This document shows, in pieces, positions 1 to 9,329 of a stretch of DNA of 64,000 bases. A model generated the notes under the pieces. It ran no database searches. It was not told where the DNA came from and was given only the letters and a program-made list of their open reading frames with translations. The first letter of the stretch is position 1. Each line of letters opens with the position of its first letter. The DNA comes from an uncultured delta proteobacterium (lineage in GTDB: Bacteria; Desulfobacterota; Binatia; UBA9968), in the NCBI GenBank assembly GCA_963728565.1, contig CAVSLC010000025.1, positions 125,492 to 189,491 on the forward strand, given 5' to 3'. The position numbers and the translations under genes are program-made.

Positions 1-710
1 TCTCCTCCGGAAGCGAATTCTCGTCGCCGAACTAAATAACCGAGCGCAGAAGGCTTACGCTTGCGTGATAACCGAATCGCCAACGGGGCACACAAGGGAG
101 CAGCCCAGACATGCCTTTCTAACTGCTCACCGTTGATAGAGATCGCGACGCCGTTGGGATAATGTCCGGCAAGAAACTGGTCAAAGCTGGGGTCGAGCAA
201 AGGTTGGAAATGCCGGCGCAAAGCACCTTCGAGGAAGCCAGGATCGAGTAGAGGAGATAACGTATTCTGAAGTTTCAGGCGAACCGCAGTGCCGCGTTCA
301 GAGACAAGACCGGCGGGCGGCACCCATTTCCAAGGCGCCCGATGCCGCGAAGCCATGTGCCAGGAAGTCGCAACGTGGCTTTTCCCGCGGCGGGTCTCGG
401 TAAAAACTTCGCTGCAAACCAGCAAGCCGAGTTTTATTCCGACTCCGGCAAATCCAATCCCTTGGCCTCGGGTCTTTGTGCTCGCGGCGATATCGTGATA
501 GCGCGCCAGCTCACGCCGTTGCATACCGCAGCCGTTATCGACGGTGATTAACGTGCTTTGGGTCGGGTCGCATTCAAAAGTTATTCGGGTTGCGCCTGAA
601 TCCAGCGCATTGGCCATAATCTCGGTGAGAATGGTTTCCTCGATAGAGCCTGGATACGCATCCCGTAAGTCTTCGAGGAGGTGCTGTAGATCGACGCGAG
701 TTTCACCCAT
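1..710 (-). CDS. GHKL-family (MutL/MORC/Hsp90-like HATPase) ATP-binding protein, 5' part; runs off the window edge
   Basis: Translated by hand from ATG at 710: MGETRVDLQHLLEDLRDAYPGSIEETILTEIMANALDSGA (N box ExxxNAxD), VDNGCGM (G1 box), STKTRGQGIGFAGVGIK (G2 box). Absent from the ORF track because no stop codon lies in the window. Confidence 0.85.
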   Translation of the reverse strand, partial: MGETRVDLQHLLEDLRDAYPGSIEETILTEIMANALDSGATRITFECDPTQSTLITVDNGCGMQRRELARYHDIAASTKTRGQGIGFAGVGIKLGLLVCSEVFTETRRGKSHVATSWHMASRHRAPWKWVPPAGLVSERGTAVRLKLQNTLSPLLDPGFLEGALRRHFQPLLDPSFDQFLAGHYPNGVAISINGEQLERHVWAAPLCAPLAIRLSRKRKPSALGYLVRRREFASGG

Positions 711-1043
711 GAGAGATTTTGTCGTTCTTTATCTTTAGCCTGCCACCGATATGGATCATTTATCGTCATTGAAGGGGGTAAATCAATCGTCGGCACGTTA
801 GGTTGCTGAACTCTTCCGGAGTCTTTCGACGGGTTCAGACGACCGGAGCAGGTTTTGAAGTGACTGAAACGATTCCGTTCATGCGGAGGTTCTTGAAGCG
901 CAAGATTTTTCTTCAGCAGTGTGCTCCAGAGATTGATTCCTGCACACCTGCGAGAGCGAAGCGGTGTTGCAGGATTTTTGAAAAAGATAGATTTATGGAT
1001 TGCTTGATCGCAAAACACTCTCTTCGCAGATCCGGAGGTTGTT

Positions 1044-2342
1044 GTGCCTGAACCTGCTATTACGTGCCCGCAGTGCAACATCGAAATTAAGCTGACGGAG
1101 TCGCTGGCGGCGCCGCTGATTGAAGCGACTCGCCGTGAATTTGAGATCCGGCTGGCGCAAAAGGATGCCGGTATTGCCAAAAAAGAAGCGATGCTGCGCG
1201 ATCGCGAAGCGGCTATCGCTCGGGCCCGAGAGCAAATCGATCAAGAGCTAGCTGCTAAGTTGCTTCAGGAGCGGGGCAAGATTGCCGCCGAAGAAGCGCG
1301 CAAGGCAAAACTGTCGTTGGCCACGGATCTGGAGCAAAAAGCCAAAGCGATTGCCGAACTGCAAGAGGTCCTGAAGGAGCGAGAGCTCAAGCTTGCCGAA
1401 GCGCAAAAGTCTCAAGCGGAAGTGCTGAGAAAACAGCGTGAGCTGGATGATCTGAAACGGGAAGCGGAGCTGACTATTGAAAAGCGGGTGCAGGAGTCGC
1501 TCGCCGCGACCCGGGAGCAGGCTCGCAAAGAGACCGAAGAAGAGCTCAAGTTCAAAGTCCTCGAAAAGGAGCAAACAATCAGCTCTATGCAGCGCCAGAT
1601 CGAAGAACTCAAGCGCCGCGCCGAGCAAGGTTCTCAGCAGTTGCAGGGCGAGGTGCAGGAGCTCGAGCTGGAGAACTTGTTAAGAACCAAATTTCCACGA
1701 GATTCGATCCAGCCGGTGCCCAAGGGTGAATTCGGCGGCGACGTGCTCCATCGGGTCAACGGAGATCTCGGCCAGTCATGCGGATTTATTCTCTGGGAAT
1801 GCAAACGGACCAAGAATTGGAGCGATGGGTGGCTTGCTAAGCTGCGCGAAGATCAGCGAGCCGCCAAGGCTGAGATCGCTGTGATTGTCAGCCAGGCATT
1901 ACCCAAGGACGTTGAAACCTTCGAGTTCCTCGAAGGAGTATGGGTGACGCATCCGCGAGCAGCAGTGCCGGTCGCGGTGGTATTGCGCCAGACCCTGCTC
2001 GAGGTTGCCGCGGTTCGCCAGTCATCCGAAGGACAACAAACCAAAATGGAAATGGTCTATCAGTACTTGACCGGGCAGCGGTTTCGCCAGCGGGTGCAAG
2101 CCATTGTCGAAGCTTTTTCATGCATGCGAGAGGATCTCGATCGAGAGAAGAGGGCGATTATTAAGCAATGGGCGAAACGAGAGGAACAAATCGAGCGTGT
2201 GATGCAAGCGACCGTTGGCATGTATGGCGACCTTCAAGCGATTGCGGGTAAGACCTTGCAGGAAATCGAGGGGCTGGAATTCCCGGCGCTGGATCAACCC
2301 AATATCGAACAGGGCGATCTCTGGGGCCGGGATAAAATCTAA
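1044..2342 (+). CDS. DUF2130 domain coiled-coil protein
   Basis: N-terminal CPQC, long E/K/R-rich coiled coil, then SQQLQGEVQELELE, VPKGEFGGD, ILWECKRTKNWSDGWLAKLREDQR (PD-(D/E)xK-like), typical of DUF2130; GGAGG RBS upstream of GTG. Confidence 0.85.
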   Translation: MPEPAITCPQCNIEIKLTESLAAPLIEATRREFEIRLAQKDAGIAKKEAMLRDREAAIARAREQIDQELAAKLLQERGKIAAEEARKAKLSLATDLEQKAKAIAELQEVLKERELKLAEAQKSQAEVLRKQRELDDLKREAELTIEKRVQESLAATREQARKETEEELKFKVLEKEQTISSMQRQIEELKRRAEQGSQQLQGEVQELELENLLRTKFPRDSIQPVPKGEFGGDVLHRVNGDLGQSCGFILWECKRTKNWSDGWLAKLREDQRAAKAEIAVIVSQALPKDVETFEFLEGVWVTHPRAAVPVAVVLRQTLLEVAAVRQSSEGQQTKMEMVYQYLTGQRFRQRVQAIVEAFSCMREDLDREKRAIIKQWAKREEQIERVMQATVGMYGDLQAIAGKTLQEIEGLEFPALDQPNIEQGDLWGRDKI

Positions 2343-2848
2343 CCGGCGGTCTTATTCATCCGTCTGGATAAACGTTTGGTCCGCCGCGGCGCCGGCACGG
2401 CAAGAATCGGGCACGAGGCGCGGCGCAAGACTCTTTCGGTGACGCTTCCGATCAACATGTGGGCAAGCCCCGTGCGCCCGTGAGTGGACATGACGATGAT
2501 GTCGACACTTTCGGCTGCAGCCTTGTCGACGATCCGCCTGTAAGGTGTGCCAATTTCCACTTCTTGCCGGACTTTGGTGGTTCCGATTAGATCCGCGAAT
2601 TCTTTTGCGATGAAATCATTCAGCGTCTTTTTCCGTTGATCCAAAGTTTTTTTCAGCTTCGGCAACTCGGTCTGCTTGGCAACCCACTCTTCAGTGCCTT
2701 GGGGAAAAGGAGTCTCCTCGACGGTAAGAACGTTGTAGATCAACACCTCGGATTGCTGCCATTGCGCCAGCTCGAGAGCGAAACGAATTCCCGAAATGCA
2801 CAGATTGGACATATCCGCGGGAGCGAGGATCTTCTTGATCTTGGTCAT
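2339..2848 (-). CDS. universal stress protein (UspA family)
   Basis: KKILAPADMS at the N-terminus; DIIVMSTHGRTG..HMLIGSVTERVLRRASCPILAV motif. Confidence 0.92.
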   Translation of the reverse strand: MTKIKKILAPADMSNLCISGIRFALELAQWQQSEVLIYNVLTVEETPFPQGTEEWVAKQTELPKLKKTLDQRKKTLNDFIAKEFADLIGTTKVRQEVEIGTPYRRIVDKAAAESVDIIVMSTHGRTGLAHMLIGSVTERVLRRASCPILAVPAPRRTKRLSRRMNKTAG

Positions 2849-3086
2849 ATCTACGGCGCCTTTCTGCTAACGGGAGAGGAGGAATCTGGCAAGGTATCAT
2901 AATCGAATACCTGGATTGACTCTTAATGTGACATTTCATGACCGGCTATCTTCGTGAACGATGCGGGTCATCGGAAGCGTCACTTCCCGGCCAGGGGAGC
3001 TAGGTCCTAGTTAGCTTTCTCACAGCTCTTGGACGAAGTGGCGCAATCAACAAGAATTTAGCGAGTTGAACCGGCGAGAGCCGCCG

Positions 3087-4145
3087 TTACTTCTCCGGCT
3101 CGCTGTTGATCTGCGCCTTGGCTTCTTCGATCAGCGGCTGAACGTTCTTTTTCAAACTCGGATCGAGTTGAAAGGCCTTCTGGAAGTCAGCGTCGGCCTC
3201 GGCTTGTTTTTTTTGATAGATGCGCGCTATGCCGCGATAAACGTGAGCTTCGGCATTGCGCGGTTGCAGGCGAATAACTTCGCTGAAATCTCTTGCCGCG
3301 TAATCGTATTTCGCCAAGCGCAGAAAGGCGATGCCGCGATTGAATGGCGCTTCCGGATCCTTCGCGTTGAGACGAATCGATTCGCTGTAGTCTTCGACCG
3401 CCGCCTGGTACTTTCCGGCCTTGGCGGCCGCCAGCCCGCGATTATAATAAGCGTCGCCGAACTTTGGGTTGAGTTTTATCACTTCTGTAAAATCAGCTAT
3501 GGCGGCGTCGATTTTGTCCGAATCCGAATATGCAATGCCACGGTTATAAAAAGCATCAACCAGCTTTTCTTCTAATGAGAGTGCTTCGGTATAATCCTTG
3601 ATCGCCTCGTCCTTCTTGTTGAGAGCCAGATAACTATTGCCGCGGTTAAAGTAAGAGTCGGCGTCTTCCGGGCTAATGCGGATGGCCGCGGAGAAATCCT
3701 CCACCGCGGCATCATAACGGCGCGCGTCGAAGTGGATGCTGCCGCGGTTGATGTATGCTCTGCCATCTTGCGGGTTCAATTTGATGGCGGCGCTGTAATC
3801 GTCGAGCGCGGCCCGCTCTTGTTTCAGTCGCCGATAGGCATTGCCGCGGTTGAAGTAAGCCTCACTGTCCTTGGGCGACAGACGAATCACTTCGCTGTAG
3901 TCGTTTACCGCGCGCTGATTTTGTCCCAGATCGTAGTATGCGTTGCCGCGATTGAAGTATCCTTCGATCCGTTTCGGATGAGTTTTGATGAACCTGTCAT
4001 AGAGGACGATGGCTTCCTTTATTTTCCCCGTCTCGTGCAACTGCAGCGCCTCTTTGAGCGGTTCAATGACCTGACCGGACCATGTGGCTTCAGAAATGAA
4101 CCCAGCCAACAACAAGACAAGAACTTTGATCCCGGTATGACGCAT
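3087..4145 (-). CDS. exported tetratricopeptide repeat protein
   Basis: Hydrophobic signal-like N-terminus followed by tandem 34-aa repeats (AYFNRGNAY...A..DYSE.I.L.P). Confidence 0.9.
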   Translation of the reverse strand: MRHTGIKVLVLLLAGFISEATWSGQVIEPLKEALQLHETGKIKEAIVLYDRFIKTHPKRIEGYFNRGNAYYDLGQNQRAVNDYSEVIRLSPKDSEAYFNRGNAYRRLKQERAALDDYSAAIKLNPQDGRAYINRGSIHFDARRYDAAVEDFSAAIRISPEDADSYFNRGNSYLALNKKDEAIKDYTEALSLEEKLVDAFYNRGIAYSDSDKIDAAIADFTEVIKLNPKFGDAYYNRGLAAAKAGKYQAAVEDYSESIRLNAKDPEAPFNRGIAFLRLAKYDYAARDFSEVIRLQPRNAEAHVYRGIARIYQKKQAEADADFQKAFQLDPSLKKNVQPLIEEAKAQINSEPEK

Positions 4146-4150
4146 GGCCG

Positions 4151-4999
4151 TTACGGTTTCCTGACTGCTGGAGCGCCTTTCTGATCGCTGGTAATCGATT
4201 GGATTTGTTCTTTCAGATCCGGTTGCAGCTCCATCGCCTTATTGAAGTCGACTTGGGCATCCTCGCCTTTGCCCTGGCGCAGCTTGATCATGCCGCGGTT
4301 CGCATAAATCCGCGCGTTTTTAGGATCGAGTTTGATGGCTTGATCGTAGTCTCTGAGCGCATGATTGAACTGGCCGAGCAGAGAATAGGCATTGGCGCGA
4401 TTATTATAGGCCTCGGCATTCTTCGGTTCCAGTTTGATTGCTTCGGAATAATCCTGCACCGCCAGATCATGCTTGCCGAGCCGCCGGTAGGCGAGCCCAC
4501 GGCTATAATAGATGTCGGGGTCTTTAGGATCGAGTTTCTGCGATTGATTGAAGTCCTTGATGGCGTTGTCGTATTGTCCCAGGCCTGAATAGGCTTGTCC
4601 TCTCTGATCATAGGCTTTCGGCATCTTTGGATTCTGCTTGATGACTTGGTCGAAGTCCTTTATAGCGCCCTCGTAATATTTCTGCGCTAAAAGGGCGTTG
4701 CCGCGGTTGTACAATGCGTCGGTGAAGTTAGGATTGAGTTTAATCGCCTGGTCGTAATCCTTAAGGGCGTTGCCGATCTGTCCGAGCTTATGGTAGGCCA
4801 GGCCCCGGTTATTGTAGGCCTCGCTGGCGTCAGGGGATATTTTGATGGCGCGATCGTAAGCCGCGATCGCTTCTTTGAATCTGCCGGCATGGTGGTGTTT
4901 AACGCCTTCGTTAAATGCATTCTGTGCTTCGCCGGCCCAGCCTACTAAAGGCGTTGCCAGCGCGACAAACAACAGTAAAGTCTTACGTAATGCCAGCAT
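4151..4999 (-). CDS. exported tetratricopeptide repeat protein
   Basis: Signal peptide (MLALRKTLLLFVALA...WA) followed by tandem TPRs (AYNNRGLAY...DYDQAIKLNP); start uncertain (4999 or 5017). Confidence 0.9.
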   Translation of the reverse strand: MLALRKTLLLFVALATPLVGWAGEAQNAFNEGVKHHHAGRFKEAIAAYDRAIKISPDASEAYNNRGLAYHKLGQIGNALKDYDQAIKLNPNFTDALYNRGNALLAQKYYEGAIKDFDQVIKQNPKMPKAYDQRGQAYSGLGQYDNAIKDFNQSQKLDPKDPDIYYSRGLAYRRLGKHDLAVQDYSEAIKLEPKNAEAYNNRANAYSLLGQFNHALRDYDQAIKLDPKNARIYANRGMIKLRQGKGEDAQVDFNKAMELQPDLKEQIQSITSDQKGAPAVRKP

Positions 5000-5179
5000 C
5001 AAGGGCGAATTTAGCACCGAACCTGGAATTGGACAATTTCACGCCCAATCTTTTTATTCATCGACGAACTCACCCAGAATCACTTGTTCGCGGCTGGGCG
5101 TGCGAATTTAGGTGAGCTGGACAAACCAGGTTAGATGAAATAAAAGTAATCAATAAACAAAAAAGCGAGGGCAAACCTT

Positions 5180-6240
5180 ATGAGCACAGCCGCCGCGGCG
5201 CGAACAGCCCAGTCGGTACTTGCAGATGAACGTATCGTTTCGGCAGATTCACACATCATGGAGCCTGAAGATCTCTGGGAAAAAAATCTGCCCCCTTCCC
5301 TAAAAGCCAAATTCCCCAAATTTCCTCCTCGCAACACTGCGGGCGAGAAACCCGGCGGATGGAATCCCAAAGTCCGGCTCGACGAGATGGCCGTCGACGG
5401 CGTCAGCGCCGAAGTTCTCTACCCGACTCACGGGCTTCGGCTGTTCGCGTTGGAAGACGCGGAACTGCAAGAGGCCTGCTTTAAGATCGCCAATGACTGG
5501 CTGATCGATTACTGCGCCGCGGCGCCAGGCCGCCTGGTCGGCATTCCGATGATCTCGCTCTACAATATTCCAAACGCGATCAAGGAATTGGAGCGTTGCA
5601 AGAAGGCCGGGCTGGTCGGCAGCTTGATCTGGCAGGTGCCACCCGAAGCATCTGCCTTTCACCAGCGACTATTACGATCCTTTTTGGGAAGCATCCGAGG
5701 CCCTGGAGATGCCGCCCAACGTTCACATTCTCACCGGGTTCAATTACAGCCGCTTTCGATCGCAAGGGCTTGGATATTTACAAAGCCACCGTCAATACCA
5801 AGCTATATGACGCTGCGAATACTTTGTTCGACATCGTTTTCAGCGGAGTTTTTGCACGCTTTCCCAAACTGAAAATCGTTTACGTCGAAAATGAAGTCGG
5901 CTGGATCCCGTTCTTCGTTCATGAATGGGACAAGTATTTCGTGCGCCATAGCCCAAAGATGCCGTTGCCTTACATGAAAAAGTTGCCCGGCGAGTATGTT
6001 GCGGAACAGGTTTATGCGACGTTCTTTAGCGATCCGGCGGGCGGCCGTTTGATGGAAGATTTTGGCCAGGATACCTTCATGTGGTCGAATGATTATCCGC
6101 ATGCTGCTTCGACATGGCCGCATTCGCGCGACGTCATCGCCAGGGAGTTGGGACATCTGCCGAAGGACATTTTACGCAAAGTTGTCCGCGACAACGTGAT
6201 CAAATTGTATAATCTGAAAATCGACGGCATCAATAATTAA
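5180..6240 (+). CDS. amidohydrolase family protein (Amidohydro_2), two apparent +1 frameshifts
   Basis: SADSH..EP, VLYPT, VENEVGWIP, WSNDYPH motifs are split between ORFs 5180..5872 and 5596..6240. Removing one base near 5648 and one near 5754 restores WQVPPEHLPFTSDYYDPFWEAS...HILTGFNYSRFDRK, colinear with paralog 13550..14710. Confidence 0.85.
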
Positions 6241-6269
6241 TTCGAATATCAACGAAAAGGAGAATCACT

Positions 6270-6761
6270 ATGCAAGCAAGCGCAACCGCGGCACGATACG
6301 ATAAAGAGGAAAAGCCGCAAACCAAACTGTTTTCCCTGAGAACTCCGTACATGAAGCAGGGACGCATCACCCAGTTGGTGGCGGAGACCGAGAATATGTG
6401 GATTCACACCAAGATCAATTACGAAGGCGGTGAAAATGAGATCCACACCCATCTCGACGAGGACCATTCTTTCATCGTTCTCGAGGGGCAGATGAGCGTC
6501 TTCGATGAAAAGGGCAATGAGCTAAAAGTCGGCAAGTATCAAGGGGTCATGATTCCCAAAGGCGCTTACTACCGTTATCACAACACCGGTCCGGAAAATT
6601 TGGTCGTCATCCGTGTTGGCGCCGGTATCAAAGGAAAGCCACAAGGCGGCGAGGATATGCGGGTGCGCCCGGATGGCAAACCATTACCGGCATACTCGGC
6701 CGAGAACAAAACCATCGAGCCCATCGAGGATACCCGATTTTTCGCGGATTTTGCGGGATAG
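6270..6761 (+). CDS. cupin domain protein
   Basis: GGENEIHTHLDEDHSFIVLEG ... IPKGAYYRYHNTG cupin motifs; AAGGAG RBS. Confidence 0.85.
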   Translation: MQASATAARYDKEEKPQTKLFSLRTPYMKQGRITQLVAETENMWIHTKINYEGGENEIHTHLDEDHSFIVLEGQMSVFDEKGNELKVGKYQGVMIPKGAYYRYHNTGPENLVVIRVGAGIKGKPQGGEDMRVRPDGKPLPAYSAENKTIEPIEDTRFFADFAG

Positions 6762-6803
6762 ACCCAACGGCAACGCATTTACAGATTAAAAACGATGCGA
6801 ACG

Positions 6804-6840
6804 ATGGCCACTGATACCAATCAGTGGCCATTGTCATTTT
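6804..6840 (+). terminator. hairpin / probable intrinsic terminator
   Basis: ATGGCCACTGAT-acca-ATCAGTGGCCAT perfect 12-bp stem followed by a T-rich tail, downstream of the cupin gene. Confidence 0.5.
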
Positions 6841-6841
6841 G

Positions 6842-6966
6842 GCAGGCTGTTGAAAAAGACTCATATGCTTCGTTGCGATTGCCCGACTCGCTTCAACGTA
6901 CTGAAGCGTACGCTTCAGCTCATCGGACTTCGCGCGCCTTGCCTTGAGCCTTTTTGAACAGCCTGC
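6842..6966. mobile_element. non-autonomous TIR repeat element (MITE-like), copy 1
   Basis: Ends GCAGGCTGTTGAAAAAG ... CTTTTTGAACAGCCTGC; internal GCTTCGTTGC..CTCGCTTCAACGTACT core shared with the copies at 7537, 39932 and 60430. Confidence 0.8.
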
Positions 6967-7009
6967 AAAACGGAGTTATCAGCAATTGATAACTATTTAG
7001 GGGTACTTT

Positions 7010-7561
7010 ATGTCGCGAAGAGAAACGGCATTTACGTGGGAGACGCCACCGGAACTATGGCGCGGCTTAAAGCCCAGCGCTGCTTGGAAGGGAAGCGTGG
7101 TTACCCTGTACATCGCTCCAGAGCCCGCCGGTCCGATGATTTCGGTGGCGCAGGTGCGGGCCTTCGCCGATCGCGGCTTGGAAGGCGATCGTTTCTTTCG
7201 CGATTCTTGGGCAGCAGCAAAGCGGCCCGACAAAGCTGTCAGTCTGATCGAACAGGAAGTTCTCGAGATGGCGGCGTCGGAACATCACGTAACAATTGCT
7301 GGCGATAAGACTAGGCGCAACATTATCACCCGCGGTGTGCCGTTGATCGAACTGCTCGATCGAGACTTCATGGTCGGCAACGTGGTGATGCGCGGCATTC
7401 GCCTGTTCGAGCCCTGCGGCCATTTGGAGAAGGTTTCACATATCTCCGGCATTTTTCGCGCGCTGGAAAACCGCAGCGGTCTGAAGGCGGCGATTCTCAG
7501 CGATGGTGTCATTCACGCCGGAGATCCGATTGCGCTGCAGGCCGCTGAAAAAGACCCATAG
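7010..7561 (+). CDS. MOSC domain protein
   Basis: GLEGDRF, RRNIITRGV, RLFEPCGHL, GVIHAGD motifs; the last codons lie inside repeat copy 2. Confidence 0.88.
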   Translation: MSRRETAFTWETPPELWRGLKPSAAWKGSVVTLYIAPEPAGPMISVAQVRAFADRGLEGDRFFRDSWAAAKRPDKAVSLIEQEVLEMAASEHHVTIAGDKTRRNIITRGVPLIELLDRDFMVGNVVMRGIRLFEPCGHLEKVSHISGIFRALENRSGLKAAILSDGVIHAGDPIALQAAEKDP

Positions 7562-7663
7562 GCTTCGTTGCGCTCAATCGCCTCGCTTCAACGTACTGGT
7601 AAGTACGTCTCCGCTCGTCGATTTCTCGCGCGCCTCGCCTCCGGATCTTTTTGAGCAGCCTGC
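7537..7663. mobile_element. MITE-like TIR repeat element, copy 2
   Basis: GCAGGCCGCTGAAAAAGACCCATA...GGATCTTTTTGAGCAGCCTGC; closely similar to the copy at 60430. Confidence 0.85.
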
Positions 7664-7721
7664 AAAGCAAGCGTTTTCCAGCAATAGCTAGAGGCTCAAA
7701 TATTCAAAGCGGAGAAGCGCT

Positions 7722-8671
7722 ATGCAGTTTGGACTCCATCTACCGGCTTCGACCGACACCGTGACGTCACAAGACCTGGTAAGGTTTGCCCGGCGCGCCG
7801 AGGAGCTGGGGTTTTACTGTATTACGGTTGCCGATCACATCATCGTGCCCAAGAATATCTCAGTCCCTTATCCTTACACAGCCGACGGCAAATACCCGGG
7901 CGCCGGCTATCATCTCGAGACATTGACCACCATCGGCTTTCTCGCCGGGGCAACCACCCGCATACGTTTCGTTACCAGCGTTATGATCGCGCCGTATCGC
8001 AATCCGGTGATTACCGCTAAGATGCTCGCTTCGCTCGATGTTCTATCCGACGGCAGGATCATTGTCGGACTAGGGGTCGGCTGGATGAAGGAGGAATTTG
8101 AAAATTTGAAGGCGCCGCTATACCCGGAGCGAGGGCGGGTGACCGATGAATATATCCGCGCGTTTCGAGAGCTATGGACCCAGGATAATCCCTCTTTTCA
8201 AGGAGAATATTGCAGCTTTTCCGATATCATTTTTTTGCCCAAACCGGTGCAGAAGCCGGCCATACCGATATGGATAGGCGGGCACAGCAGGCAAGCTTTG
8301 AGACGCGCAGGACAACTCGGCGACGGCTGGCATCCCATCGGCGGGGTTCCCACCATTCCGCTCGAACCCGAAGATCTAAAGCAGGATGTAGAGACTCTGC
8401 GCGGCTTTGCTCAAGCCGCCGGTCGAAATCCGGATGCCATTCTCGTCGCGTTCAAAGGTTCGTTGTACGATCGCGAAAAACAAACCGTTCCCGGCAAGAG
8501 ACGAAGGTTCGTCGGCTGCCGACGATGAGATCATCGGCGACATCCAAGACTATCGTGATGCCGGTGTCGATACCTTGATCTTTGACGTGCGCCGTCCCAG
8601 CGCCGCCGAGACCCTCGAGCGGATGGAATGGCTGGCGCAAGGAAGTGATCGGCAAGATAGAGAAGGCGTGA
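7722..8671 (+). CDS. LLM-class (luciferase-like, probably F420/FMN-dependent) oxidoreductase, frameshifted near 8515 and 8640
   Basis: MQFGLHLP, VADHIIVP, LASLDVLSDGRIIVGLGVGW..EEF, PKPVQKP.IPIWIGG; the C-terminus (DEIIGDIQDYRDAGVD...ERMEWLA) continues in another frame. Confidence 0.85.
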
Positions 8672-8698
8672 TCATTTCCGCTGGAAAGTGACAGATTA

Positions 8699-8754
8699 GC
8701 TTCGTTGCTCCGCAGCGCGACTCGCTCTCAAAGTCTGAAGCGTAGCCCGAGCTC
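8699..8754. repeat. degenerate internal fragment of the MITE-like element
   Basis: GCTTCGTTGC..CGACTCGCTCTCAAAGTCTGAAGCGTAGC..AGCTC aligns to the core of copy 1 (GCTTCGTTGC..CGACTCGCTTCAACGTACTGAAGCGTACGC..AGCTC); no terminal repeats. Confidence 0.55.
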
Positions 8755-8888
8755 CCGGATCGTGTGGTGCAACGTGATTGAGGAATTCCGAATGATTACG
8801 AACACGCGGGCACGAAATGGGCCAGTCGGAACGTTGCCGGCACTGAGTCAAGTCGAAGTGTCGAACGACGAGACTTCTAATCAGCCGG

Positions 8889-9180
8889 CTAACTGACCGG
8901 CTGCTTGGGTGCCAGCGGCTTCGGCTTACGCCGCGGATCTTCGTCGTCGCTCAAGCAAATATAGGTCATGGTGGTGTTGTTGTCCGTGAATGTAACGGTA
9001 TTGTCGCTGATCACGGCATCTTTGAACTGCTGCCACACAGCCAACTTTTCTTTGATATTAACGGCGCACAGTTCGCGGCTTTCAAAACCCGGTAAGGCAT
9101 TCCAACTATCACCGTGGGGCTCTGAGTGCGTATCCATAACACCCAGGCGATCAGATACCCCAATAACAGTATTTCTTCAT
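8889..9180 (-). CDS. small exported hypothetical protein (two apparent single-base deletions in the 5' part)
   Basis: AAGGAG RBS before ATG at 9180. Adding one A and one G in short runs gives MKKILLLGYLIAWVLWIRTQSPTGDSWNALPGFESRELC...YICLSDDEDPR, which joins ORF 8889..9137. Confidence 0.55.
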
Positions 9181-9329
9181 AGGCTCTTCTGCTCCTTTAA
9201 ACCGCCGGCGCACGCGGGAAGCCACAGAATAGCCTGAATCGTTTATTGGGTACACCGTTCTCTTGACACAGAAGTCCGTTGAGGCGTAGACGGTTTGAGA
9301 GGAATCCGAAAAGAAAGGGATCAGTCATT

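Noticed and set aside
581-1180. 199-aa minus-strand ORF and other short ORFs at 289-1244
   Set aside because: They are shadows overlapping the GHKL ATPase and DUF2130 genes and carry no motifs.
5640-5760. Programmed ribosomal frameshifting in the amidohydrolase, SBP or alkA genes
   Set aside because: No slippery heptamer with a stimulatory structure was seen; intact paralogs exist in the window; the indels are scattered like errors.
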